Below are positions 1 to 8,765 of a DNA stretch of 64,000 nucleotides, one piece after another (the first letter of the stretch is position 1; every line of letters starts with the position of its first letter). The position numbers were made by a program, and so were the translations under genes. A model generated the notes under the pieces. That model worked only from the letters and a program-made list of their open reading frames with translations, had not been told where the DNA came from and searched no databases. Source of the DNA: an uncultured bacterium (GTDB lineage: Bacteria > Patescibacteriota > Dojkabacteria > J137); the NCBI GenBank assembly GCA_963700155.1, contig OY969472.1, positions 517,059-581,058 on the forward strand, in the 5' to 3' direction.

Positions 1-1
1 A

Positions 2-250
2 GTTTTTACTGAATTTAAAGAAATTCATGATAAATACGAAAAAGATAATAATAAATATCGAGAAGAATTTAATAGAATTGGCGAACCCGTTGTGGAATTA
101 ATTGATCAATATATTGATGATTTATGCAGAACTTCAGAAGGAGCAGGTTATGGGATGAATAGTACTAAACTTCCAGACTTATTCAGAACAGAAGTCAGAA
201 AAGAATTCCCTTCAATCGATGATGTTGGAATCGAAGTAGAGTATAATTAA
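2..250 (+). CDS. 3' end of a CDS cut by the window edge; hypothetical protein
   Basis: Open frame 2 from the window edge to TAA at 248-250 (..VFTEFKEIHDKYEKDNNKYREEF..DDVGIEVEYN*). No recognisable motif. Confidence 0.4.
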   Translation, partial: VFTEFKEIHDKYEKDNNKYREEFNRIGEPVVELIDQYIDDLCRTSEGAGYGMNSTKLPDLFRTEVRKEFPSIDDVGIEVEYN

Positions 251-253
251 TTT

Positions 254-1963
254 GTGAAAAGGCTAAAGAAACTAAAATCACATTTAAATGAATTGTATGG
301 AGATTATGATTTTAGCGAACTATATGGAATATTAGAGCGACTTCCCGATGAAGATAAAAACAATACTGACTGGTATAAGCATTTCAATCTTTACGTTACA
401 TATCCCGACAGTTTTCAAAAAGATAGAAAAAGGAATTTTTCTACATTAAAAGATCAATTAAAAAGAATTAAGTCTTCAGGATTTACAGGTATACATGTTC
501 TCCCATTCCTAGATTCTCCTTTGGTAGACGCTGGATTTGATGTAAGAAATTATGAAAAAATAAGAAGTGACCTTGGTAGTGAAGAAGATTTTGATGAATT
601 TTTAAGAGAAGCGAAAAAACTGAAAATTAAAGTTTTTATGGATATGATTTTAAATCATGTTTCGTATCAGCATACCTGGTTTCAACAAGCAGTTAAAGGA
701 AATGAAGATTATCGGGAATTCTTCTATGCTTTCAAAGAAAAACCGACTTTATTAGGAAAGAGCCAAGACACAAGTGGTCATTTTGTAAAATATAAGTTAG
801 GAAAAAGAATTATAGACATTAGATTAATATTTCCTGAACTTTCAAGTTCACTGCCTAACTTTTATAAAGGAGATGATGGCTATTATTATTTTCATACATT
901 TTATCCTGAACAGATTGATTTAAATTGGAGTAATCCAAAAGTATTTATAGAGCTTTCAAAAATTTTAATTTATTGGGCAAAGAAAGGTGTAAGCTTTAGG
1001 TTGGATGCCATACCGTTTATTGGAAAGAACTTTAAACTTGAAATTTTTGAAAGCTCTCCAAGTGCTCATAAAATTATTCAAGCCCTAAATATTATTATTA
1101 CAGGAATTAATCCTGATGCAGTATTTTTATCTGAATCTTATCAGCCAATTGAAAAAGTAATGCATTATTTTGGGGATAATAAAAATTCAGAATCAAAACT
1201 TGCCTATGATTTTAAAATGATGAATGTTTTATGGGAAGTATTAATAACTAGGAATTTCGGTAAACTAAAAGAATACCTTCAGTTAAAAAAGACTTTTACT
1301 CTTCCAGAAGACGCACAATGGGTAACTCTTTTAAGAAATCATGATGAACTTAGTCTTGAATATGCAGATGAAAATGCTAGAAAAATAATCTTAAAAGAAT
1401 TAACACCTAAAGGAATGGATTTTAAAAAAGGGTATGGAATTTCTGGGAGAACAGCTTCATTCTTGGGTGATAAAAGATTAATCTCAGCTTATGCTTTACT
1501 TTGTTCACTCCCGGGATGTCCTGCCTTAATTTATGGTGACGAAATTGGGAAAAAGAATGATATTGAAAACTTGAAAAAGCTTCAGAAAAGGAAAGAAGAA
1601 ACTATTGGGAAAATTATTGTTGATTCAAGAGATATAAATCGAGGAGTAATTGAAAGTGGTGATTTGAACATGGAAAAAAATATTAAATTACAGAAAGCTA
1701 TTTCTGATATTTTTAACCTAAGATTAAAATTTCCTGAAATGTATACACTAGATCCTATAGTTGAAAACACATTGGATAATTCTATTCATTTGAAATATGA
1801 ATTACAGGATAAGAAAGAGCTACACTGCATTATGAATTTAAGCGATGAAATACTTGAATTAAATTTTGATTATTCCAAGGTACTTTTAAAGGTTAATGAT
1901 GTTAAAATTGACGGCAATAATATTTATTTATCGAAAGATTCTGTTATCTGGATTTTATGCTGA
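254..1963 (+). CDS. Glycoside hydrolase family 13 (alpha-amylase superfamily; trehalose-synthase/amylosucrase-like)
   Basis: 569-aa ORF with GTG start. GH13 conserved regions: GIHVLPFLDSPLVDAGFDVRNY, KVFMDMILNHVS, FRLDAIPFIG, LRNHDELS. Confidence 0.8.
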   Translation: MKRLKKLKSHLNELYGDYDFSELYGILERLPDEDKNNTDWYKHFNLYVTYPDSFQKDRKRNFSTLKDQLKRIKSSGFTGIHVLPFLDSPLVDAGFDVRNYEKIRSDLGSEEDFDEFLREAKKLKIKVFMDMILNHVSYQHTWFQQAVKGNEDYREFFYAFKEKPTLLGKSQDTSGHFVKYKLGKRIIDIRLIFPELSSSLPNFYKGDDGYYYFHTFYPEQIDLNWSNPKVFIELSKILIYWAKKGVSFRLDAIPFIGKNFKLEIFESSPSAHKIIQALNIIITGINPDAVFLSESYQPIEKVMHYFGDNKNSESKLAYDFKMMNVLWEVLITRNFGKLKEYLQLKKTFTLPEDAQWVTLLRNHDELSLEYADENARKIILKELTPKGMDFKKGYGISGRTASFLGDKRLISAYALLCSLPGCPALIYGDEIGKKNDIENLKKLQKRKEETIGKIIVDSRDINRGVIESGDLNMEKNIKLQKAISDIFNLRLKFPEMYTLDPIVENTLDNSIHLKYELQDKKELHCIMNLSDEILELNFDYSKVLLKVNDVKIDGNNIYLSKDSVIWILC

Positions 1964-2658
1964 CATTAATTGGAACACCTTTGGGCAATATTGAAGATAT
2001 TTCTATAAGACAGTTAAAAACTTTATTTTCATTTGAAATTATCTTAGCGGAAGATACAAGAAGCTACATTAAGTTAAGAAACATTCTTTCTGAAAGATTT
2101 TCAGAGATTATCAGCGGATTAGGTCTTGATACTAATCATCGACCTGAACTAATTTCATATAGAGAGCAGAATCATAATAAAGTTTTACCTCAAATATTAG
2201 AATTATTAAAAGAAGAAAAGAAATTAGGTTTAATCACAGATGCAGGGATGCCTACAATTTCAGATCCTGGATATAAATTGGTAGATGAAGTTTTGAAAGC
2301 GGGTTTTGAGGTTGATGTGATTCCTGGAGCTACTGCAATTGAAACAGCTCTTGCGATTTCAGGACTACCAACTGATAGATTCACATTCTTAGGGTTTTTA
2401 CCTAGAACCAAATCTAAAATCCAGAAACTTTTACCTCAAAACCCGCAAAACACAATAATAATTTATGAGTCTCCTTTTAGAGTTATAAAAACTCTTGAAA
2501 TAATTTCTGAAGTTTATCCAGATGCAGAGATTGCTGCTTGCAATGATCTGACAAAAAAATTTCAGAAAGTCTGGAGAGGAAATATTAAAGAGGTGATTAT
2601 TGAACTCAAAAAAATAAAAGTACAGGGGGAATGGGTTTTAGTACTAAAGTGTTACTGA
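1957..2658 (+). CDS. rsmI: 16S rRNA (cytidine1402-2'-O)-methyltransferase RsmI (tetrapyrrole-methylase fold)
   Basis: N-terminus LTLIGTPLGNIEDISIRQL..ILAEDTR, DAGMPTISDPG, and a typical length of 233 aa. Overlaps the upstream gene by 7 nt. Confidence 0.85.
   Translation: MLTLIGTPLGNIEDISIRQLKTLFSFEIILAEDTRSYIKLRNILSERFSEIISGLGLDTNHRPELISYREQNHNKVLPQILELLKEEKKLGLITDAGMPTISDPGYKLVDEVLKAGFEVDVIPGATAIETALAISGLPTDRFTFLGFLPRTKSKIQKLLPQNPQNTIIIYESPFRVIKTLEIISEVYPDAEIAACNDLTKKFQKVWRGNIKEVIIELKKIKVQGEWVLVLKCY
2299..2446. repeat. 14-bp perfect inverted repeat, 120-nt spacer, inside rsmI
   Basis: GCGGGTTTTGAGGT (2299-2312) / ACCTCAAAACCCGC (2433-2446). Confidence 0.9.
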
Positions 2659-2669
2659 TTAATATCTGA

Positions 2670-3014
2670 TTAATGTTTATCTTCGGTATTATATCTACTT
2701 AAAACCATAGCAATAAATCGAGCATAATATATATTTCCGTCTTTTCTTTTAGCAAAATCATATTGTCCTATTTCTTTATCTGTCAGATTTACTGAACCAA
2801 CGGCTTTATAAATTGCATCAGTAAGTTCAGAAAAAGTCATTCCTAGTATTTTTTGATCTACAGATTGAATATTTAAAATATGCAATATTGTATCTTCAAG
2901 ATCATGTCCTTCTTCTGTTGTTGTAAACTTCAAGGTATTTGTAATTCCAGGAATTTCTAAATTAATTTCTAGTCCAACTGGTAAATTCTTATCCTTTTCT
3001 AGTTTTTCAATCAT
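2670..3014 (-). CDS. hypothetical protein
   Basis: 114-aa ORF downstream of comM on the same strand. No motif recognised. Confidence 0.45.
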   Translation of the reverse strand: MIEKLEKDKNLPVGLEINLEIPGITNTLKFTTTEEGHDLEDTILHILNIQSVDQKILGMTFSELTDAIYKAVGSVNLTDKEIGQYDFAKRKDGNIYYARFIAMVLSRYNTEDKH

Positions 3015-3056
3015 ATTAGAAAAATAAAAAAGATATAATAATTTAGTTTCAAATAA

Positions 3057-4571
3057 TTAGTTGACGATGTCAACTCTATAGCTCAAAGCTTCAGCAATAT
3101 GTTTTTCTTCAACTTTTTTTAAACCTTCTAAGTCGGCAATTGTTCGGGCAACCCGAAGAATTCTAAAATATGATCTTGCTGATAAATTCATTTTCCTTAC
3201 AGCCATATCTAACAATTGCCGAGAAGATAAATCTAATTCTATATATTTGAAAATATCTTTTTGCTTAATTTCTGAATTAGAAAAGATATTTTCATTTTCA
3301 AACCTTCTTAATTGAATCTCTTTGGCTTTTTTAACTCTAACTTTAATTTTCTCAGAACATTCAGATTCCTTATTTTCAAATAACTTATTATTTTCAACTT
3401 TTGGTACATTTATTAAAAGATCTATTCTATCCAAAATTGGTCCTGAAATTCTTTTTTGATATTTGATAACTTCACCTTGAGTACAAGTACAATGCCTTAT
3501 TGGGTCACCTCTGTAACCACATTTGCATGGGTTCATTGCTGCAACTAAAGTAAAGCTTGCCGGAAAAGTTAAAGAAGCAGAGGCTCTAGAAATTGTTACA
3601 ACTTTATCTTCTAAAGGCTGTCTTAAAGCTTCTAAAGATTGAGAAGTAAACTCTGGAAATTCATCTAAAAATAAAATACCTCGATGAGCTAAAGATATTT
3701 CTCCAGGGCGGGGGATTGCTCCCCCGCCCACAAGAGCTACTTGAGAAGAAGTATGATGCGGCGACCTGAAAGGTCGCCGCAAAACCAATGGAGAATCTTT
3801 TAAAGTCATTCCCGCAACACTATATATTCTTGTAACTTCAAGTGATTCTTCCAATGTCATATCAGGTAGAATTGAAGGAAGACATTTAGAAAGTAAAGTT
3901 TTTCCAGAACCTGGAACTCCAGAAAGCAAAATATTATGACCACCTGCTGCAGCAATTTCCATGGCTCTTTTGGCATGTTCTTGACCTTTAACTTGTGCAA
4001 AGTCATATTCGTAATTTTCAATAACATTAGAATCAAGATCTTTTACTTTTGGTTTTATTCTAATAATTCCGCTGAAATGAGCAATTAATTCACTAAGAGT
4101 TTCGACTGGATAAATTTTTATTCCATCAACAAGACTTGCTTCATCAGCATTCTCAAATGGTATATACACTTCTTCGAAACCAAGATTTTTTATATGATCA
4201 ACAATAGGTAAAATTCCATGAACAGGCCTAAGCCTTCCATCCAAAGCTAATTCACCAATAAAAAGTTTCTTTTCTGTATCAATTTTTATCTGTTCCGAAG
4301 CAATTAAATATCCAATAGCTAATGGAAGGTCATAACTAGGACCTGTTTTTATTAATTCGGCGGGAGCTAAATTCATTATAATCTGCATAGGTATAAAGCT
4401 CCCGCCAGAATTTTTAATCGCCGAAGGGATTCTATCTTTAGCTTCTTGTATTGACTTATCTGCAAGGCCTACAATAGAGAAGAAGTTTGTACCTTTTCGA
4501 TAATCAACTTCAACTTCTACAATTTTACAGTCTAGACCTAAGAGAGTAGCGGTATATAATTTTGCCAACAT
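3057..4571 (-). CDS. comM: Mg-chelatase-like AAA+ protein ComM/YifB
   Basis: Walker A LSGVPGSGKT, RPFRSPHH, VGGG..PRPGEISLAHRGILFLDEFPEF, C-terminal ARSYFRILRVARTIADL. Confidence 0.9.
   Translation of the reverse strand: MLAKLYTATLLGLDCKIVEVEVDYRKGTNFFSIVGLADKSIQEAKDRIPSAIKNSGGSFIPMQIIMNLAPAELIKTGPSYDLPLAIGYLIASEQIKIDTEKKLFIGELALDGRLRPVHGILPIVDHIKNLGFEEVYIPFENADEASLVDGIKIYPVETLSELIAHFSGIIRIKPKVKDLDSNVIENYEYDFAQVKGQEHAKRAMEIAAAGGHNILLSGVPGSGKTLLSKCLPSILPDMTLEESLEVTRIYSVAGMTLKDSPLVLRRPFRSPHHTSSQVALVGGGAIPRPGEISLAHRGILFLDEFPEFTSQSLEALRQPLEDKVVTISRASASLTFPASFTLVAAMNPCKCGYRGDPIRHCTCTQGEVIKYQKRISGPILDRIDLLINVPKVENNKLFENKESECSEKIKVRVKKAKEIQLRRFENENIFSNSEIKQKDIFKYIELDLSSRQLLDMAVRKMNLSARSYFRILRVARTIADLEGLKKVEEKHIAEALSYRVDIVN
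3143..3157. repeat. 6-bp GC-rich hairpin inside comM
   Basis: TTCGGG-CAA-CCCGAA. Confidence 0.8.
3706..3729. repeat. 10-bp GC hairpin inside comM
   Basis: GGGCGGGGGA-TTGC-TCCCCCGCCC. Encodes the conserved GGGAIPRPG segment. Confidence 0.9.
3757..3781. repeat. 9-11-bp GC hairpin inside comM
   Basis: GCGGCGACC-TGAAA-GGTCGCCGC. Encodes the conserved RRPFRSP segment. Confidence 0.9.
4359..4406. repeat. 10-bp GC-rich inverted repeat, 28-nt spacer, inside comM
   Basis: GGCGGGAGCT (4359-4368) / AGCTCCCGCC (4397-4406). Confidence 0.9.
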
Positions 4572-4705
4572 GAAGCAATTTTATGAAAGATTTCTTACAA
4601 AGTTCTGACAATTTTAACTCTCTATATTTAATAAATAGCACCTGATTTCCTCAATTAATGAGCTCAACTTATCCGAATTTAAATTGAAATCCCAATAATA
4701 ATCTA

Positions 4706-5347
4706 TTATTTTTTTATAAGTTCATCGCTTAAATAATTCTTGAATAAACAATAATCATAAAATGAATATCCATCTTCGTATAACTCTGGCATCGTAAATC
4801 TTTTTCCAGGATAATGTAAATAGCATCCTTCAAGACAGTACCATAACAAACTTAAGATTCCTCTGTAATCTTCATATAAATAATAACCAACGGCTTGATC
4901 AACAGAAATATTTAAATCTGTTATCTTTACAATCCATTGATTTAAAGGATGTGTTAAATTATGAACTAACACATTTTCTGGTTTTAAATCTCTATGTGCC
5001 ATGTGATTACTATGCAAATATCTAATTCCTTCAATTACCTGACTTAAAATAAAAAACATTCTTTCAGGGTCAATAACTATTTTTTGAAGGTTAGACTCCA
5101 TCAATGGATAAAATTCAACTGTCTTTACTTTATTTCTAAGCCTACCTTTTATTTTAGCTTGAAAAACATCTAGTACCGTAAGAATATTTGGGTGCTCTAG
5201 TGTATAAGCAAGATTATTTTCACCATTAGCACGATTAACAATTCTCATTGCAACTGTTCTACCATTTCTGGGAATAGTATATTCATAAACACTACTAAAA
5301 TAACCTGATCCGATTTTATTTGCCGTACTTAAGTTTATTTTCTCCAT
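4706..5347 (-). CDS. Truncated Hanks-type protein-kinase-like protein (minimal kinase, possibly a pseudokinase or ATPase)
   Basis: IGSGYFSSVY (Gly-loop-like), VAMRIV (VAIK with K to R), HPNILTV, YLHSNHMAHRDLKPENVLV (intact catalytic loop), ITDLNIS (DFG to DLN). The protein ends soon after, with no APE motif or C-lobe. Its start lies 1 nt after the tsaD stop. Confidence 0.6.
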   Translation of the reverse strand: MEKINLSTANKIGSGYFSSVYEYTIPRNGRTVAMRIVNRANGENNLAYTLEHPNILTVLDVFQAKIKGRLRNKVKTVEFYPLMESNLQKIVIDPERMFFILSQVIEGIRYLHSNHMAHRDLKPENVLVHNLTHPLNQWIVKITDLNISVDQAVGYYLYEDYRGILSLLWYCLEGCYLHYPGKRFTMPELYEDGYSFYDYCLFKNYLSDELIKK

Positions 5348-5348
5348 T

Positions 5349-6563
5349 TTAAAAACTTAGCGTTGGGTCTCGATCGATTTGATCAAAATCTTTTAAATAA
5401 ATATTTTCTGAAGGATTATGTTTTATTTCTGAAATTTTTGAAAGCTTAACATTCGCAGCAACTGCAATCATAGCTGCATTATCTCCAGTCAATTTCTTTG
5501 AATATGGGAATCGCATTTTAATATTATTTTCTTTACAAATTACCCTAAATTCAGATCTCAATCTTGAACTAGCTATAACGCCGCCGCCAAGCCAAAGTTC
5601 TTTAGGTTGGTATTTCTGAATTGCTTTTCGAAGCTTGAACTTAAGCTGTTCAAGGGCGGCGGCTTCAAATACTACACACAAATCCATAATTTGTTCTTTT
5701 GTTAATCCGCCTTTTGATTTATCAGAATACAATCCTTCGATTTCTTCTTTGTGGCTTATAGTTTTGTTTAACAATTTCTCTACTAATTGCTTAAATGCTG
5801 TTTTTACTCCTGAATAACTGAAGTTTAAGTCACCAGATCTAATCATCGCTATCGGCAACATATATTCTGCTTTTGTATTTTTATTTGTACACTTTACTGA
5901 AGTACTTAGATTATCTTTAACAATTTCAATTTTCATATTTTTTCTTTGTCTTTTTGCAAATTCAGTAATAATCGGACCTGCAGGATATCCAAGTCCTAAA
6001 ATCCTTCCGCATTTATCATAAGCTTCTCCACATGAATCGTCTAAAGTTTCCCCTAGTTTTTCATATTCACCCCAGTTTTTTACAAGAATTAATTCAGTAT
6101 GGCTTCCAGAAACTAAAAAACCTAATGTTGGAAATTGCTGATCATTAACTTTGGTTTCAAAATCTAACTCTTTTAATTCTGATTTTCTCTCGGCGAAAGC
6201 TGAAAGAAGATGTCCTTCCATGTGATTTATTAAAATAAGTGGTTTATTATATTCAACACTCAAAGCTTTCGCCTTTTTAACTCCAATTTCTAAAGCTATT
6301 GCCAATCCTGGACCAATAGTTACTGCAACAGCATCAATATCCTTCATTTCTAAACCGGCTCTTTTCAAAGCTTCAATAACAACATTATCTATTCTTTCTG
6401 CATGTGCTAATCTTGCAAGATTAGGCACAACACCTCCATATTTTTTATGAAATTCCATTTGAGATGGCTGGACATTTGAAAGTACAGTAAAACCTCGGAC
6501 AACTGAAGCCGATGTTTCATCACAAGATGTATCTATTCCTAGTGTTAAAAAGTCTTTATGCAT
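5349..6563 (-). CDS. tsaD: tRNA N6-adenosine threonylcarbamoyltransferase TsaD (with about 65 aa of extra insertions)
   Basis: LGIDTSCDETSASV, GGVVPNLARLAHAE, INHMEGHL, LVSGSHTEL, GGGVIAS. I place the start at MHKDF (6563). The ORF-track start at 6599 would overlap the upstream gene by 20 nt. Confidence 0.9.
   Translation of the reverse strand: MHKDFLTLGIDTSCDETSASVVRGFTVLSNVQPSQMEFHKKYGGVVPNLARLAHAERIDNVVIEALKRAGLEMKDIDAVAVTIGPGLAIALEIGVKKAKALSVEYNKPLILINHMEGHLLSAFAERKSELKELDFETKVNDQQFPTLGFLVSGSHTELILVKNWGEYEKLGETLDDSCGEAYDKCGRILGLGYPAGPIITEFAKRQRKNMKIEIVKDNLSTSVKCTNKNTKAEYMLPIAMIRSGDLNFSYSGVKTAFKQLVEKLLNKTISHKEEIEGLYSDKSKGGLTKEQIMDLCVVFEAAALEQLKFKLRKAIQKYQPKELWLGGGVIASSRLRSEFRVICKENNIKMRFPYSKKLTGDNAAMIAVAANVKLSKISEIKHNPSENIYLKDFDQIDRDPTLSF
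5580..5663. repeat. 9-bp all-GC inverted repeat, 66-nt spacer, inside tsaD
   Basis: GCCGCCGCC (5580-5588) / GGCGGCGGC (5655-5663). Confidence 0.9.
6192..6273. repeat. 10-bp inverted repeat, 62-nt spacer, inside tsaD
   Basis: GGCGAAAGCT (6192-6201) / AGCTTTCGCC (6264-6273). Confidence 0.9.
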
Positions 6564-6579
6564 GGGTGTATTATAGCAT

Positions 6580-7074
6580 TTACTGCCCCAATAAATCATC
6601 TAAAGTAGCTGTAGGCTCTTCTTTGGAAGGTAAAAGATTCAAGTAATTTCCCGTATTACAAAATAAAGCAATCATCTGTTCAAATGCATCTATCATAAAC
6701 CTATTATCTATACCTAAAAAATTATAATCTATATTAAAAAGGCTTAATCTCTGGGAAATTCTGAATATCATCTCTTCGCAGCACTGTATTTCAAAATCAG
6801 TTGAAAAATAATAATCACCACCATGAATATTTAATTCCATTTCTATATTTTTAATTTTTTGTTTTCCTCTTTCAGTTAAATGAAAAGTTTTTAACTCCCC
6901 GTCTTCAGTCGGATTATCGTATTCTATATAGCCATCTCTAACAAAAATGTCTAATCTGGAAAAGAAATTTCTTATAGCTAAAGATTCTCTTTCGATTTGA
7001 ATTTCTGAAGGTTGAATTTTAGGAATCGTGGGAAGTCTTATTCCTTTATATTTTTTATAAAAAAGTTTATCCAT
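6580..7074 (-). CDS. hypothetical protein (possible N-terminal winged-helix)
   Basis: 164-aa ORF packed tightly between the hydrolase gene and tsaD. No confident motif. Confidence 0.45.
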   Translation of the reverse strand: MDKLFYKKYKGIRLPTIPKIQPSEIQIERESLAIRNFFSRLDIFVRDGYIEYDNPTEDGELKTFHLTERGKQKIKNIEMELNIHGGDYYFSTDFEIQCCEEMIFRISQRLSLFNIDYNFLGIDNRFMIDAFEQMIALFCNTGNYLNLLPSKEEPTATLDDLLGQ

Positions 7075-7576
7075 TAATGAGTTCTAAAATATCATCTGGA
7101 TACTTATAGACATGATCACTCCTATCTTTTTCAATTAAAGTATAGCTAATATCTTTCAAAAATGATTTTAGAAGATCAATTGATCCATAAGGATCTTTGG
7201 AGTTTTGAATTACTGTAATTGGAGCTGATATAGACTTTAGATTCTGATAATATTCATTTTGCTCTTCTTTATTGAAACCATTTACAGGAATGCCAAGAAG
7301 AATTATCTTTTTTATTTTATCTTTATACTCAGAAATCAGCTTTACAACCACATAAGTCCCAATTGACTTACCTATCAAAATTAGCTCGTCATTTGAATCA
7401 ATATGTGATTTAACTTTTTCAGCTTCAGCATCCCAACCAATCGGTTCACTTTCATTTTTCCAATGATTCCATTGATGAAAATAGACATTACAGCCGGAGT
7501 TATAAAGTGAAGAAGTAATCATTTGACCTTCTTCTTTATTTTTAATTGAGCTACCTGGAAGATATATTATTTTCAC
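7067..7576 (-). CDS. small alpha/beta-fold serine hydrolase (YdeN-like)
   Basis: GKSIGT nucleophile-elbow-like motif, late D and H (DRSDHVY), 169 aa. Confidence 0.5.
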   Translation of the reverse strand: MKIIYLPGSSIKNKEEGQMITSSLYNSGCNVYFHQWNHWKNESEPIGWDAEAEKVKSHIDSNDELILIGKSIGTYVVVKLISEYKDKIKKIILLGIPVNGFNKEEQNEYYQNLKSISAPITVIQNSKDPYGSIDLLKSFLKDISYTLIEKDRSDHVYKYPDDILELING

Positions 7577-7578
7577 TC

Positions 7579-8010
7579 TTAAAAAGTCAAATCAAATACG
7601 ACCTCTGGTTTTGACTTCAAATCAGAATACCTTATCCATTTTGGATCTATCACAAACCATCTTTCATCTGGTAAATCAGCATAAACTTTCGATCCTGGAT
7701 TTTTTGTAATATGAATATTTTTAATTCTTTCAACATCATCTCCTTGAACTACATGTGCTTCACCTTCAAATTGAATTGTTATAAATTCATTAAAATCCCA
7801 ACCTAAAACAAATGATACTTTTGGATTTTTCATAAGATAAGAATATTTTCGAGTCTTATCTGAAGTTCCAAATATTATCTTTAAATCATCAGTCTCAGAA
7901 AATGCTAAAACAGCAGAAGTCGGTTGGTCACCATTCACTGTTGAAACAACACAAAGATCATGTGATTTTAGAAAATCTTTTATTAACTGAATCTGATCAG
8001 CCCTATCCAT
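7579..8010 (-). CDS. pyridoxamine 5'-phosphate oxidase-like FMN-binding split-barrel protein
   Basis: 143 aa. Pattern CVVSTVNGDQPTSAVLAF...FGTSDKTRKY..NPKVSFV is typical of the PNPOx-like family. Confidence 0.55.
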   Translation of the reverse strand: MDRADQIQLIKDFLKSHDLCVVSTVNGDQPTSAVLAFSETDDLKIIFGTSDKTRKYSYLMKNPKVSFVLGWDFNEFITIQFEGEAHVVQGDDVERIKNIHITKNPGSKVYADLPDERWFVIDPKWIRYSDLKSKPEVVFDLTF

Positions 8011-8034
8011 ATATTTAAATGTAATAAATGAACT

Positions 8035-8637
8035 TTATTTATTATATAGTTCTTCAACCATATCCCAGTTAATAACATTCCAGAAAGCATCAATATATTC
8101 CGGTCTTCTATTTTGATATTTCAAATAATAAGCATGTTCCCAAACATCAAGTCCCATAACAGATTTATGATCATGTAGCAAAGTACTATCCTGATTAGGA
8201 AGTTGGTGTAAATGAAAATTTCCTTCATTATCAGCACCTATCATTACCCATCCACTCCCAAAAAGAGTAGATGCTTGTTTTACAAATTCCTCTTTAAAAC
8301 TATTGAAGTCACCCCAAACTTTATTAATCTCTTCGGCAACTCTTCCAATCGGTTCTTTTGAACCATCTTTGCTTAAAATCTGCCAGAATAATGAATGATT
8401 GTAATGTCCGCCACCATTATTCCTAACAGCAGTTCTTATATCTTCGGGAACCGAATCTAAATCCACTAAAAGCTCTTCGATAGTTTTTGACTGCAATTCT
8501 TCATGTCCTTCCAATGCAGCATTGAGTTTTTTAACATATCCTCCATGGTGCAAATCATGATGAATCTCCATAGTTTTAGCATCAATATATGGCTCTAGCG
8601 CGTCAAATGAGTATGGTAATTGAGGTAACTCGAACAT
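8035..8637 (-). CDS. sodA: Fe/Mn superoxide dismutase
   Basis: LPYSFDALEPYID..MEIHHDLHHGGYV, GSGW, DVWEHAYYLKYQNRRPEYI. Confidence 0.9.
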   Translation of the reverse strand: MFELPQLPYSFDALEPYIDAKTMEIHHDLHHGGYVKKLNAALEGHEELQSKTIEELLVDLDSVPEDIRTAVRNNGGGHYNHSLFWQILSKDGSKEPIGRVAEEINKVWGDFNSFKEEFVKQASTLFGSGWVMIGADNEGNFHLHQLPNQDSTLLHDHKSVMGLDVWEHAYYLKYQNRRPEYIDAFWNVINWDMVEELYNK

Positions 8638-8765
8638 ATAGTATTTCCTTAAAAAGTAAACTATAAAAAGTATATCATAGTGAAGTTTTTGAGTCGTAAC
8701 TTCAGTTTGACCTAAATTTAAATTACCACTATAGTGTTAAAATTTTGTAAAGATTAAAAATTTTT

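Noticed and set aside
5580-5663. Reading the intragenic GC inverted repeats as in-frame inserted palindromic mobile elements (RPE or MITE-like)
   Set aside because: In tsaD, comM, murE and pcrA the arms encode conserved family motifs, and the intervening peptides align with homologs as I remember them, so nothing appears inserted. The idea stays open only for the 28-bp palindrome at 13609-13636.
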